NCBI GenBank assembly: GCA_002352645.1 | Contig: DEIU01000039.1 | Coordinates: 67,656 to 131,655 of the forward strand | Reading direction: 5' to 3' | DNA length: 64,000 nucleotides | Origin: Acidimicrobiia bacterium UBA2766 | GTDB lineage: Bacteria; Actinomycetota; Acidimicrobiia; UBA2766 | Shown: positions 8,869 to 19,090 of the stretch, one piece after another | How positions within the stretch are numbered: position 1 is the stretch's first letter | Layout: every line of letters begins with the position of its first letter | Position numbers and translations under genes: made by a program | Notes under the pieces: model-generated | What the model saw: the letters and a program-made list of their open reading frames with translations, nothing else | What the model was told of the DNA's origin: nothing | Databases searched by the model: none

Positions 8869-10254
8869 TCAGCGAGGACGGATGCCGTCAAGGGTCTGAA
8901 AAAAGGCAGGGAAAGTTTTTGATACGCAGGAGGGGTTTTTAATTGCAATGCCTGGGCAACGCAGACCCAGAAGAGAAAAGCTCATTGCCATGCGATGGTC
9001 TTCGTAAGTGTGTACTTCTCCTGCTTGTGGAGTCCCTGGGAGGATGAGCATCCCGTCACTTTCTTCACGCGCGTCAATGCCAAGCCGTTGCAATTCTGTT
9101 ACTGTCGCAGCGACTCGATCGGTTTCCTTCCCGCGAATAAAACCGATGCCAGTCAGGCGGGTTGGGGTTGTCGCGAAGGGTGCGATCGCTGCCAAGGTTT
9201 GGGCAGTGTCGGAAATATCGCTCATGTCGATATCAATGCCGCAGAGTTCTTCCGGACCTATCACAGTGGTTGTTGTGGGTGTCATCTTGACGTTCGCACC
9301 CATCTTTTCGAGTATGCGAACAAACTGGAGGTCACCCTGCAAGGAAGTACTTCCGAGTCCTTTGACAGTGACCGTACTTTGCGTAATGGCAGCGGCAGCG
9401 AAAAAATAGGAGGCAGCTGAGGCGTCAGCCTCAACTTCGTAGGTTGTTGGCTGATATTCCTGTCCTCCTGGAACGGAAAACGCGTAGAAGTCGCTATTTT
9501 CGACGTCGATGCCGAAAGCTCTCAGTACTTCGAGCGTCAAGGAGAGGTAGGGCTTTGAGACGGGATCTCTATCTGTCTCGATTCTGATCTCGCAGGTCCC
9601 GAGGCGGTTTGCGAGCACAGGAGCCGCGAGAAGTATGGCGGTGAGAAACTGGCTGCTGCTCTTCGCTGAAATATGAAGGCGCACTGCTTCTCCGGCTTGT
9701 TGTTTTTTCTGCGGGAAGGTTGCAGGAGGAGCTGCCGGGAGAGAAAAAATTGAGGCTGGTAAGCAGTTTGGGTGAGCAGAGGGGGTGATGCGCGCTCCAA
9801 GAGAGCGTAAAGCCGAGAAGAGCGGTCCCATCGGGCGTTTGCGCATGGGGGCTGTGCCGTCGATTTCGTAAGGTCCTGTGCCGAGGGTTGCCAGAGGGAG
9901 AAGAAACCGGGCAGTCGTCCCGGAATTCCCAACAAAAATGGATTGGGATGTTGTGGGGATAGCACCTCCTTGCCCATCTATCTGAAAAGTTGCGGTTTCT
10001 TCATCACCTTCTGTAGGAATGCCAAGCAGAGTGAGGCCTTGGGTCATCCAATGAGTGTCATCACTGAAGAGTGCTCCGTGCAGGGTGCTGTGTCCATTTG
10101 CAAGGGCAGCGGCGATAAGTGCTCTATTTGTATAACTTTTTGAACCGGGAACGCTGACGGTCGCGGTGACCGGGCCTGTGAAAGGTTGAATGTGGCGAAG
10201 GTCCTCGGGAGAGGAATGAGAAGTCAGTGCAGGGAAAGAAGCGGAAGGTGGCAT
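8869..10254 (-). CDS. aroA: 3-phosphoshikimate 1-carboxyvinyltransferase (EPSP synthase)
   Basis: GTVSVPGSKSYTNRALIAAALANG and downstream EPSPS motifs. Start set at the internal Met (MPPSASF); the track ORF extends to 10335. Confidence 0.9.
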   Translation of the reverse strand: MPPSASFPALTSHSSPEDLRHIQPFTGPVTATVSVPGSKSYTNRALIAAALANGHSTLHGALFSDDTHWMTQGLTLLGIPTEGDEETATFQIDGQGGAIPTTSQSIFVGNSGTTARFLLPLATLGTGPYEIDGTAPMRKRPMGPLFSALRSLGARITPSAHPNCLPASIFSLPAAPPATFPQKKQQAGEAVRLHISAKSSSQFLTAILLAAPVLANRLGTCEIRIETDRDPVSKPYLSLTLEVLRAFGIDVENSDFYAFSVPGGQEYQPTTYEVEADASAASYFFAAAAITQSTVTVKGLGSTSLQGDLQFVRILEKMGANVKMTPTTTTVIGPEELCGIDIDMSDISDTAQTLAAIAPFATTPTRLTGIGFIRGKETDRVAATVTELQRLGIDAREESDGMLILPGTPQAGEVHTYEDHRMAMSFSLLGLRCPGIAIKNPSCVSKTFPAFFQTLDGIRPR

Positions 10255-10635
10255 GGAAAAAACTCCTGGGAGAGGTGAGAACAAAGCGTTCTGAAATTTG
10301 GGAAAGTTGGCGAAAGACAAGAAGTGTGGCGGCATTGCAGTGGTGGGAAAGAGCGGAACAAAGGGGAAGACAGCGAAAAAACCTTACAATAAAATGCCCG
10401 GTATCCTCAGTTTTATTGACCATAATGGTGCGCGCAAGCCTTTCGCGCATATCATCCGGCACCACATGAAAAGTTGTCGAAATAGCCTGCTAGTTGTGCA
10501 GCTCCGATGTGGGGAAGTCAGTTGAAAACAAGACTGCTCCGACTTGTGTTGATAAAGGGGCTGCTGTCGGGTGGGGTTGTTGTGCATTGCCGCAGTGGTG
10601 CGCTCTGTTAATTGCGATGCGGGAAATGGGGGCAC

Positions 10636-13600
10636 ATGGCGAGATATCGCTCATTGTACGAAGTCCTCGGGGTTGGTGCTGATTGTGATCTAGCGGAACT
10701 GAAACGGGCATTTAATGCTCGTGTGAAAGAGCTCCACCCTGATCTTCATCATGATCTTGACGACGTAGCGAGAGACAGTCTCACGGAAGAAATGCAGCTT
10801 GTCAATGAGGCATGGCAGACTTTACGTGACTCTGACCGGCGGCGCGCATACGACAGCGTGAGGGCCTGGGAGCTAAGCGTTGAACGTGGGCGTTTTGCTG
10901 ACTCTTCACGCCAAGGTATGGGGCTTTCTTTCCGTAAAAGGTGGCGACGTTCGCAGAAGAATAAAAATTTGCCTCCGCTGCGTTCCCGTCAGAATAGGCA
11001 GACATCTCGGAATGACTGGGCGAATAAGAATGCTGATAAGCGCCCTGAGAGCGATCTGAGAAATAAAGACTTTGAAGATAAAGACACTGATGTTGGTGCT
11101 TTTCGGAACGAGGATGCCGATCAGCCTTCGCCTGAGATAGATATTACGTCGCAGAAAACCGGGCAAGCGCAAGAGTCTTCTTTTTCTTCGCCCAGTCCTA
11201 TTGCACCGCAGGCTTTTGCTCTTGACGGATATGACAACAGGTTTCGGGACCCATCTGGCGAATCACTTGGGGACCCATCCGCTGGGCAATTTCGGGACCC
11301 CTCTGGCGAACCTTTTGGTCGAGAAGATCAACAATTTACAGAGAGTGAGGATACTGCGGAGGCGAGGCGGGCTTTTGCACAGGATGACGTGCGAGCTGTG
11401 CAGGACCAAGGCGACATTTGGGGGGGAAGAGCGGAACGAAAATGGGAAGCCGTACACTCCGCGGAAGCGCCCTGGAATGCCGCGGGGAAAATGCCCGCGG
11501 GTCCTGGCCCGCTTGATCGAGTTGCAGGAGAACCGGGTTTCCTGACGGACGAGCAACGTTCGACGGAAAAGTCCCTTCGTTCATTTGAGGACTCTGGAGT
11601 AATGCCTGTTGCTCCGGGGCCATTGGACGAGTTCATGGTTTTTGACTCGGCCGATTCAGCAGAAGAGAGAGACATTTTTTCTGCGCGGATTGAGCCGGAA
11701 GAGTCGCTTTATCAGAAGGAAAATGACTTTGAGAAAGGGTCGTCCTCTCGACAGGGCGACCCTTCTCTCTTTTCTCTGCCAGATGCTCCGCCACATCTTG
11801 AGCATCCGCATTTACACAAGGAATCTTCTCCGTCTTCTTTCTCTTCTTTTCGAGAAGATGTCGAGACTGCTGCGGGAACTCAAAAGAACGATAGTGAGCG
11901 AGACAAGGCTTGGAGACAAAGGAAGGAGGAGAAAGAAGATCGGCTTGTTCCTCCGCTTGAGGAGTCTTTGTCCTCCTCGCAGGAGGTGTCTCTTGATACT
12001 CCCTCTGATATTGAGGATGTTTTCGTTCCCAATGATGCAGACCGTTTCGTCTCAGGAGAAGCAGAGGGAGGAACTCCGGCACCGTTGGATGAGGAGAAAA
12101 CTGTCGAGAAGGAACCTGGGGCGCATCCCCCAGTTTTGTCTCAAAATGCCACTGCTGGGCTTGCCGATCATGTGTTTGATGACACCGACATTTCCTCAAG
12201 ACCCTTGCCTGGGGAGTCCTATGGGGAGAGGGCTGTGCAGAAGCAGCCTGGAGTGCGTCCGCCGGTTCCGTCTCAAGATGCTTTTACTGCCGGGCCTGCC
12301 GATCATGTGTTTGATGACACGGGCATTTCCTCATTTGAGGGTGCGACAGTATGGATGCCGCCTCCTCTCGTGGAGTTTGCAGAGGGTGAGCCTGGGGATG
12401 TTTTTCGGGTTGGGGAGGCTGCTCGCTCGGATGAACCGACTGCTGGAGCAGAGGAAGGCAAGACGGTGCGAATGCCGTCTCCTTCTGGGCTATTTGTTCC
12501 AGGGATGCCTGGTGATGTTGCCCAGAGAGATACGTATCGGCCGGAAGTTCGGCCACAAGACCGATCAGAAGATCGGCGAGGCGAGGATCCAGGGAAATCC
12601 GGGACTGAGAGGTCTGCGCAGGAAACCGTTTCTGGGGAGAGGCAGCGCATCCGTCCAGAAAACCGGGCAGAAGCAGAAGATGCCGCGATTCGGGAGGAAG
12701 AGTCTTTCGCAATGTCAGGGGTGACCTCAGGGGTTGAACTCCAGACCGTGCCAAAGCGCAATCATTATCTCCCTGTTCCGATCATTCATGAGAAGCCGCT
12801 TGCCTTTAATTGGGTTGTGTCGGGATTCGCTGTGGTCGCGTTGCTCATTGCAGGCTTTTTTCTTGTGGATAAAGTGATCTACGGAGGGCATGAGTTTCCG
12901 CCGGAGAAACGGAAAATTGTGCTTCCTATTGTGGGTCGGGCCACAGTCGTCGACATGTCGACTGGGCAGCCCTATGTGGTTTCCAAGATGACGGTGAAGA
13001 ACCATGTCGGGGATTTGCGTTCTATGAGTGCGGTCACTTCTTCTCACGACTGGCGTGTTTTTTCCGCAGGACACGGCACGAACGGGCATTTTGCAATGTG
13101 GAATTCCGAAGACGGGGGAAAAATCTGGACACGCTATAGTCCGACGGTTTTCAATGGGCCCGCGCCGCGTGAGATCACTGCTTTGGCGGCACATGGGGAG
13201 ACCCTTTTGGCGGGAGGCTCAGTGAATCGTCCTGGGGGCGGCAGCAGCGTGACTGTGTGGATGTCTGATAAAAACAGACAGTGGGAGAGCCATGCCGGTT
13301 CCGATGCCTTCTTGGACATAGAGGGGGAAGCGGAGATTACGGCAGTTGCCATTGCCCCGGGGACTGGCCGGATGGTGGCGGTGGGGAGAAATAACACAGA
13401 CGCTGCGGCCTGGTTTTCTCAGGGAGGGAAGCAGTGGTTCAAAGCTGAAGGCCAGGGTTTGTTCGGTGGTCCAGAAGTACAGCGCATGTTCGATGTTGTG
13501 GTACGTCCCGATGGTATGTTCGTTGCGGTAGGCGAGTCGGCGGGGAGAGTTGCTGCCTGGTTTTCGCTTGATGGCCGGAACTGGAAGCGCCTTCCTTTGG

Positions 13601-14100
13601 ATCCTCTTGTTTTTTCTCCGGGAACGAAGGCAAGTGCTCTTGCGGTATGGCCGGACGGTGCTTTGGTCATTGTTGGTGATGACAGTGCAACGGGAGCTGG
13701 GGCTGTCTGGTTTTCGCTGGATACCAGATCTTGGCGTCGAGTCAATGATGCACAGGAAGCTTTTACCGGAGAAGGCCCTGTCCATATTGAAGACGCCGAT
13801 ATTCTTTTGGACGGGACGTTGGTGGCGGTTGGCCATGATGCAGTTGGCGCTCTTCTCTGGATATCAGAAGGGGAAATTACTTCCGATATGACAGGAAATA
13901 TGGGATGGGTACGTGTTCCTGCACATGGCGAGAAGGATCCTTCTCGGAGCGCGCAAGTTCCTCGCCAATGGATGCGTTCTGTTGTCGCTCTTCCGAATGG
14001 GGACGCCGTCGTGGTGGGAAATGAAGGGGTTGCCTCAACTGAGGTTTTTGCTGCTGTTTGGCGAGTGAAACCTGCGAAGGGCTGGAAATTTTTTGAGTAG
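10636..14100 (+). CDS. large multidomain protein: N-terminal DnaJ (J) domain with HPD motif, about 600-aa acidic/Pro/Ser-rich disordered region with internal duplications, one TM helix, and a C-terminal BNR/Asp-box beta-propeller-like domain
   Basis: J domain YEVLGV...KELHPDL...AYD. TM segment LAFNWVVSGFAVVALLIAGFFLV. C-terminal repeats with an SxDGGxxW-like Asp-box (WNSEDGGKIWT) and recurring AAWFSQGGKQW / AAWFSLDGRNW / AVWFSLDTRSW. Start set at the MARYRSLYEVLGV ATG. Confidence 0.8.
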   Translation: MARYRSLYEVLGVGADCDLAELKRAFNARVKELHPDLHHDLDDVARDSLTEEMQLVNEAWQTLRDSDRRRAYDSVRAWELSVERGRFADSSRQGMGLSFRKRWRRSQKNKNLPPLRSRQNRQTSRNDWANKNADKRPESDLRNKDFEDKDTDVGAFRNEDADQPSPEIDITSQKTGQAQESSFSSPSPIAPQAFALDGYDNRFRDPSGESLGDPSAGQFRDPSGEPFGREDQQFTESEDTAEARRAFAQDDVRAVQDQGDIWGGRAERKWEAVHSAEAPWNAAGKMPAGPGPLDRVAGEPGFLTDEQRSTEKSLRSFEDSGVMPVAPGPLDEFMVFDSADSAEERDIFSARIEPEESLYQKENDFEKGSSSRQGDPSLFSLPDAPPHLEHPHLHKESSPSSFSSFREDVETAAGTQKNDSERDKAWRQRKEEKEDRLVPPLEESLSSSQEVSLDTPSDIEDVFVPNDADRFVSGEAEGGTPAPLDEEKTVEKEPGAHPPVLSQNATAGLADHVFDDTDISSRPLPGESYGERAVQKQPGVRPPVPSQDAFTAGPADHVFDDTGISSFEGATVWMPPPLVEFAEGEPGDVFRVGEAARSDEPTAGAEEGKTVRMPSPSGLFVPGMPGDVAQRDTYRPEVRPQDRSEDRRGEDPGKSGTERSAQETVSGERQRIRPENRAEAEDAAIREEESFAMSGVTSGVELQTVPKRNHYLPVPIIHEKPLAFNWVVSGFAVVALLIAGFFLVDKVIYGGHEFPPEKRKIVLPIVGRATVVDMSTGQPYVVSKMTVKNHVGDLRSMSAVTSSHDWRVFSAGHGTNGHFAMWNSEDGGKIWTRYSPTVFNGPAPREITALAAHGETLLAGGSVNRPGGGSSVTVWMSDKNRQWESHAGSDAFLDIEGEAEITAVAIAPGTGRMVAVGRNNTDAAAWFSQGGKQWFKAEGQGLFGGPEVQRMFDVVVRPDGMFVAVGESAGRVAAWFSLDGRNWKRLPLDPLVFSPGTKASALAVWPDGALVIVGDDSATGAGAVWFSLDTRSWRRVNDAQEAFTGEGPVHIEDADILLDGTLVAVGHDAVGALLWISEGEITSDMTGNMGWVRVPAHGEKDPSRSAQVPRQWMRSVVALPNGDAVVVGNEGVASTEVFAAVWRVKPAKGWKFFE

Positions 14101-14447
14101 TGAAATGCAGGGAGCAGACCTCAATTCGGTGTTTGATTCCTGTAATTTTGCTGTACTCGTTTTGCGAAATGTCAGGAATCAGGACGCGAAGAACAAGGCT
14201 GGGAGAGTCGGTGTGGAGAAAGCAGAAAATGATGGGAGACAAGGCGGGCGAGAACGCGTATCTCCGTTGTCGGTTTCCTTCTTACTGTGTCAGAATTACT
14301 CGCTAATCCCTTAGCCCTTTTTCGAGCGGTTGGCGTACGGTACTGCTCGTTATATGTTTTCGGCTCGTATCGTTGGTCTGACTGGTGCAGATTGTAAGCA
14401 AGGCACCGCCCAATGATTGAGTCGGGTTTTGATATGAGGAGTTGCAG

Positions 14448-15449
14448 GTGGCAACCATTTTTTATGACAAAGATGCCGACCTTTCTCTTGTGATCTCACG
14501 TAAAGTGGCGATTCTTGGGTACGGTAGCCAAGGCCATGCGCATGCACTCAATCTGCGTGATTCTGGTGTCGATGTGCGTGTTGGCTTACCGGCGACCTCG
14601 AAGTCTGTCGCAAAGGCTGAGGCTGAAGGGCTGCGGGTCGTGACGCCAGAGCGGGCATGCGAAGAGGCGGATCTCATCATGGTCCTCGTCCCTGACCATA
14701 TCCAAGGTAGTTTGTACGAGACTGTGATAAAGGACCGTCTGAAAGACGGCGATGCCCTTTTCTTCGCGCATGGTTTCAACATTCACTATGAGGTGATTGA
14801 GCCTGCTGCGGGAGTTGACGTGGCCATGTGTGCTCCGAAAGCCCCTGGTCACCTTGTGCGCCGGACCTATGCAGAAGGCGGTGGCACCCCCGCTTTGGTT
14901 GCCGTGCGCCAGGATGCTTCAGGCAAGGCACGCGAACTTGCGATGAGCTACGCAAAGGCTTTGGGGACGACGCGAGCCGGGGTACTCGAGACGACGTTCG
15001 AGGAAGAAACAGAGACCGACCTCTTTGGCGAGCAGGTCGTGCTGTGCGGCGGTCTTACGGCTTTGGTGCAAGCTGGATTCGAGACACTCGTGGACGCTGG
15101 ATATCAGCCTGAGTCGGCTTATTTCGAATGCTTGCACGAACTCAAGCTGATTGTCGACCTGATGTATGAGGGTGGCATTGCCAACATGCGCTACTCCATC
15201 AGTGATACTGCCGAATATGGGGACTTTACCCGGGGGCCACGCATCATCACTGATGAGACCAAGCTGGAGATGCGCCGTATCCTGGATGAGATTCAGAACG
15301 GCAGTTTTGCCACTGAATTCATCCTGGAAAATCAGGCGGGACGTCCCACGATGAAATCCCTACGCCGGCAGAGCAGGCAGCACCCAATTGAAGAAGTTGG
15401 CGAAGAACTGCGCAGCATGATGCCCTGGCTTGGAAAAAAGGCCAACTGA
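14448..15449 (+). CDS. ilvC: ketol-acid reductoisomerase
   Basis: [43 protein letters not shown] is the classic IlvC N-terminus. GTG start with a GAGGAG RBS 6 nt upstream; the track ORF begins at a TTG at 14442. Confidence 0.95.
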   Translation: MATIFYDKDADLSLVISRKVAILGYGSQGHAHALNLRDSGVDVRVGLPATSKSVAKAEAEGLRVVTPERACEEADLIMVLVPDHIQGSLYETVIKDRLKDGDALFFAHGFNIHYEVIEPAAGVDVAMCAPKAPGHLVRRTYAEGGGTPALVAVRQDASGKARELAMSYAKALGTTRAGVLETTFEEETETDLFGEQVVLCGGLTALVQAGFETLVDAGYQPESAYFECLHELKLIVDLMYEGGIANMRYSISDTAEYGDFTRGPRIITDETKLEMRRILDEIQNGSFATEFILENQAGRPTMKSLRRQSRQHPIEEVGEELRSMMPWLGKKAN

Positions 15450-15502
15450 ATCCTTCGGTTCGTCTCCCGGATTTTCCGGGAGAGAAACATCTTGGAGAGA
15501 AA

Positions 15503-15787
15503 GTGCCCGGAGAGGAGCCGGAAGAGGAAGCAGCGCAAGAGCCTGATCTTTCGAGTGCGGAGGTGGGCTCTGCTTTGTGCGAGGGGTCTCCTGCGGTGGA
15601 GGAGACCCCCTTTGTTGCCTGGGATCGGAAAGAGCATGGAGTGCGGGGCATACCCCCCTGTCGGGAGTGCCGGGGGGCCATGAAGAGGATCGGTGGTCGC
15701 GCGGGTATGCAATTGTGGAGCGACCATTGGCAGTGCCCGTACTGTAAGTGGGAAGTGCATCTTTCCTACGGACGAGGTTCTGTCTGA
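15503..15787 (+). CDS. possible small acidic zinc-ribbon protein (CxxC...CxxC)
   Basis: 94-aa ORF between ilvC and serA ending in CRECRG-x21-CPYC. Weak RBS, GTG start, no homology recognised. Confidence 0.3.
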   Translation: MPGEEPEEEAAQEPDLSSAEVGSALCEGSPAVEETPFVAWDRKEHGVRGIPPCRECRGAMKRIGGRAGMQLWSDHWQCPYCKWEVHLSYGRGSV

Positions 15788-15905
15788 CGAAGAATGGTAA
15801 GGGAGGCAGTGTGGAAAAGGCCGGAACAAACTTCGTAAGCGAATACGTGCCTTTGACTGCCTCATATCGTCATAAACTTCTTTTTTCGTTTAGGTGTTGG
15901 GCACG

Positions 15906-17567
15906 ATGCCAGAGATGTTGCTACGCTCCCGAGCCGTGGATGTCTCAACGCCCCCTCAGATAAAAATTCTTGTGACCGAACCAATAGCGGAGAGCGGCCT
16001 CGCCCTTCTGCGCGAACATCACACTCTTGTGATGGCAAAAGGTCTCGATAAACCCTCCCTGCTCCGCGAAATTGTCGACGCTGATGCTCTGGTCATCAGG
16101 TCGGCTACAAAAGTGGATGAAGAAGTGCTCACCGCAGCCTCCCGTCTCAAAGTTGTCGGGCGTGCAGGAATGGGCGTTGACAATGTGGATCTTGATGCCG
16201 CAACACGCATGGGGATTTTGGTTGTCAATGCGCCAACCTCGAACTCGATCTCGGCGGCTGAACATACGATGGCTTTGATTTTGGCGCAAGCCCGGAACAT
16301 TCCTCGTGCAGACGCCTCTTTGCGCTCCAAAAAATGGGAACGTGCAAAGCTCGGTGGGGTAGAGCTCTACCGAAAGACGCTTGGGATCCTGGGTTTCGGG
16401 CGCATCGGTATTCTGGTTGCAGAACGCGCTGCCGCGTTTGGTATGCAACTTGTGGCCTATGATCCGTACGCGCGTCCTGAAGCGGCGCAAAAGATTCAGG
16501 TAGAACTGCTCGATTCTGTGGAAGATGTGCTTGGGCGTAGTGATTTTGTCACGCTGCACCTTCCGCTCACCCCAGAGACAAAAGGCCTGATCAACGCCAA
16601 GACGATTTCCTCCATGCGGGACGGGGCCCGTCTTGTGAATGTCTCCCGTGGCGCAGTTGTGGTCGAGGAAGACCTTGCCGAGGCGATTCAGAGCGGCAAG
16701 CTTGCCGGGGCTGCGATTGATGTCTTCGCGACGGAGCCCTGTACGGACAGTCCGCTTTTTTCTTTGTCTGATGCAGTGGTTACACCGCATCTTGGTGCTT
16801 CCACGACAGAAGCACAGGATCGGGCCGGAATGGTGGTGGCAGAGCAGATTTTGGCAGCACTTGACGGAAACTTTGTGCCTTATGCCGTGAATGTGGATAT
16901 TGGCAAGCAAGTGTCGGAGGAAGTGCGGGACTTCATGCCTGTGGCAGAATCTCTCGGATCTTTTTTCGCATCCTATGCAAGTGGGGTAAGCGACTCGATC
17001 GAAATCCTTGTGGCAGGCACGTTGGCGGAACATGACACCCGTGCGCTTGTGCTCTCCGCGCTGAAAGGCATCTTCTCCCATGCTTTGGAGGAACCAGTCA
17101 CTTTTGTGAATGTGCGCGATATCGCGAAGCGTCGTGGTGTGAAGATCCGGGAAGTGTCTTCGTCGAATGCGCAGGAATATGTGAGTTTGCTGGGGATATC
17201 AGGCTTGGTCGGGGGGAAAACTCTCGAAGTAAGCGGAACGCTGGACCCGACTCGGGGTGAACCTCGTGTTATCCAAGTCAATGAGTACGACATCGATATT
17301 TGCCCTTCTGCACATATGGCAATGATCGTGAACGACGACAGGCCTGGGGTGATCGGACATGTTGGCATGGCCTTGGGAGACGCCGGTGTGAACATTGCGA
17401 ACATGATTGTGGGCCGGCATGTGGGAGATCCTTTGGCCATGATGGGCCTGAATCTTGACCAGCCGGTGCCCACTGAAGTCATGGAAGCATTGCGCAGTTC
17501 CCCAGGAGTGCTCGACGCGAAGTTTTTGCACCTTTCCAGCTTGCGAGAAAGTCAGCCTGACGTGTGA
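15906..17567 (+). CDS. serA: D-3-phosphoglycerate dehydrogenase (with C-terminal ASB/ACT regulatory domains)
   Basis: KILVTEPIAESGLALL, ALVIRSATKVDEEVL, GRAGMGVDNVDLDAATRMGILVVNAP. The about 550-aa length fits the long SerA type. Start uncertain (15894, 15906 or 15915). Confidence 0.92.
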   Translation: MPEMLLRSRAVDVSTPPQIKILVTEPIAESGLALLREHHTLVMAKGLDKPSLLREIVDADALVIRSATKVDEEVLTAASRLKVVGRAGMGVDNVDLDAATRMGILVVNAPTSNSISAAEHTMALILAQARNIPRADASLRSKKWERAKLGGVELYRKTLGILGFGRIGILVAERAAAFGMQLVAYDPYARPEAAQKIQVELLDSVEDVLGRSDFVTLHLPLTPETKGLINAKTISSMRDGARLVNVSRGAVVVEEDLAEAIQSGKLAGAAIDVFATEPCTDSPLFSLSDAVVTPHLGASTTEAQDRAGMVVAEQILAALDGNFVPYAVNVDIGKQVSEEVRDFMPVAESLGSFFASYASGVSDSIEILVAGTLAEHDTRALVLSALKGIFSHALEEPVTFVNVRDIAKRRGVKIREVSSSNAQEYVSLLGISGLVGGKTLEVSGTLDPTRGEPRVIQVNEYDIDICPSAHMAMIVNDDRPGVIGHVGMALGDAGVNIANMIVGRHVGDPLAMMGLNLDQPVPTEVMEALRSSPGVLDAKFLHLSSLRESQPDV

Positions 17568-17721
17568 CCCGGAAACGAGGAAGCGGCTGAGGTTTCTCCT
17601 CGCCGCTTTTGACCTTTGTGCTTGGGCCTGATTTTCTTTCGTCCTGCTCTCTCGTCTTGGGTCACACTGTGCTGCTTCAGGTGTGCCCTGCAAGAGGTGA
17701 CCGTGTAGGTGTGTCACGAAC

Positions 17722-18528
17722 TTATTGCATAGTGTGTGTTTGCGCGGGAGCAGCTTGACTCCAAGGTGTGCATACTTCATCCGCGCGCGCTGCGCGTCGT
17801 ATCACGAGGGTGCCTGCTGCCATGTCGCCGAGACGGCGATGTCCCGTGCTCCAGAAAACGCTGCTTCCCCCTATCACGGGGAAAGGAAATTGCTCAAGCA
17901 AGCGCATCAGGTTGCGTCCCAGCGCCTGCTGCCATGAAACTGCCGGTATTCCGCCGGCGTTGATCACCTCGATGCCGCAGAGGTGCTTTCCCAGCGTGGC
18001 ATGCCCGGGTAGGGCTTCTTGGAGAGTGCCGTAAATAATCCAGGCTGCAATAATTCTTGCGATTCCAGGCCATCCAGCCTGAAAGACCAGGCGTTCTGCC
18101 ACAATCTCTATTTTTCCCTGGGCTATCCACCAGACTGCGAAGGGAAAGCAGACGATGAGGGTGTCGAGGAGGAGTGCTCCTGCACGGCGGAGCAAGCACT
18201 GTGTGGGATCCATGCGTGGGTTCTGTTTCCGTTCCTGCCCCGCTCGGTGCAAGGCACGGGAGTGGGGAAATCCCGGTGGTTGTGTTGGGCTCGCCGGTGT
18301 TGTGTCTGGTGTCATGTGTCGTGTCTGGTGTCTGGTGTCTGGTGTCGTGTCTGGTGTCAATTGCGGGTGTGTATTGGACCACGCTATGAGCCACGTTATC
18401 GAAGAGGCAATGCACATGGGAAACGATTCTCTGTGCAGGGCCTGTATTTTGTGTATCCCTTTTTGAGGTTTGTCGAGTGTACGCGATACCCGTGTGGCTG
18501 CCTGGTTTGTGTTTCCAGAGTTTCTCAC
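17722..18528 (-). CDS. RDD-family membrane protein with an N-terminal TPDT-repeat low-complexity region
   Basis: RDD domain features (LLRRAGALLLDTLIV...TLGKHLCGIEV...RRLGDMAAGTLV). The N-terminus encodes TPDTTPDTRHQTRHMTPDTTPAS from a nucleotide tandem repeat. Start uncertain. Confidence 0.65.
   Translation of the reverse strand: MRNSGNTNQAATRVSRTLDKPQKGIHKIQALHRESFPMCIASSITWLIAWSNTHPQLTPDTTPDTRHQTRHMTPDTTPASPTQPPGFPHSRALHRAGQERKQNPRMDPTQCLLRRAGALLLDTLIVCFPFAVWWIAQGKIEIVAERLVFQAGWPGIARIIAAWIIYGTLQEALPGHATLGKHLCGIEVINAGGIPAVSWQQALGRNLMRLLEQFPFPVIGGSSVFWSTGHRRLGDMAAGTLVIRRAARADEVCTPWSQAAPAQTHTMQ
18293..18358. repeat. coding microsatellite-like tandem repeat (GGTGTC / TGGTGTC units) inside the RDD gene
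   Basis: tgtctggtgtcatgtgtcgtgtctggtgtctggtgtctggtgtcgtgtctggtgtc. Encodes TPDT repeats on the minus strand. Confidence 0.6.
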
Positions 18529-19090
18529 CGGAGAGAGGGGAGAAGATGGCGCTCAGGTAGAGCTGTATTTCAGTTGGAATTGAGCGTGATGTGTGTCCAG
18601 AATGAAGCGTGTCTTGGGACAGAAAGTATGTCAGGTAGGCGGGAACGGACGAGTCTGGGCTGGTCTTTTGCCGTTTGTGGGGTTCACTTTGTGACGTGGG
18701 ACTCTGGTCGTGAGCACAAAGATGCTGACTTCGAGGCGTTCCTGCGTTATTCTCTGCCTATTGCGAAATCAGAGACCGAAATCACAGACCCGTCGCAAAC
18801 TCGTCGTAGGTTCGTCGTAAATCATGGATAAAAGCACCGCATCTTCAACGGAGATTTTCCCGGCTCGTACGCCGGGTTTTCGTGCTTTTCCCTCTTTCCC
18901 ACTTGTACGACTGCAACCAAAGGAACACAGGTTTCCTACGCGGGTTTCGTCTGATGCCTTGAGTGTGTCTCCGCTGTTTTGGGCATTGGCCCGTGATGTC
19001 CGGCGAGTGGTGTCACGACAAACAAGCAGAGGGACCGCGTCGGGTTCCGTGTTTGTTTCTGACAACAAGCTGGTGACACCGGAAAAAGCT

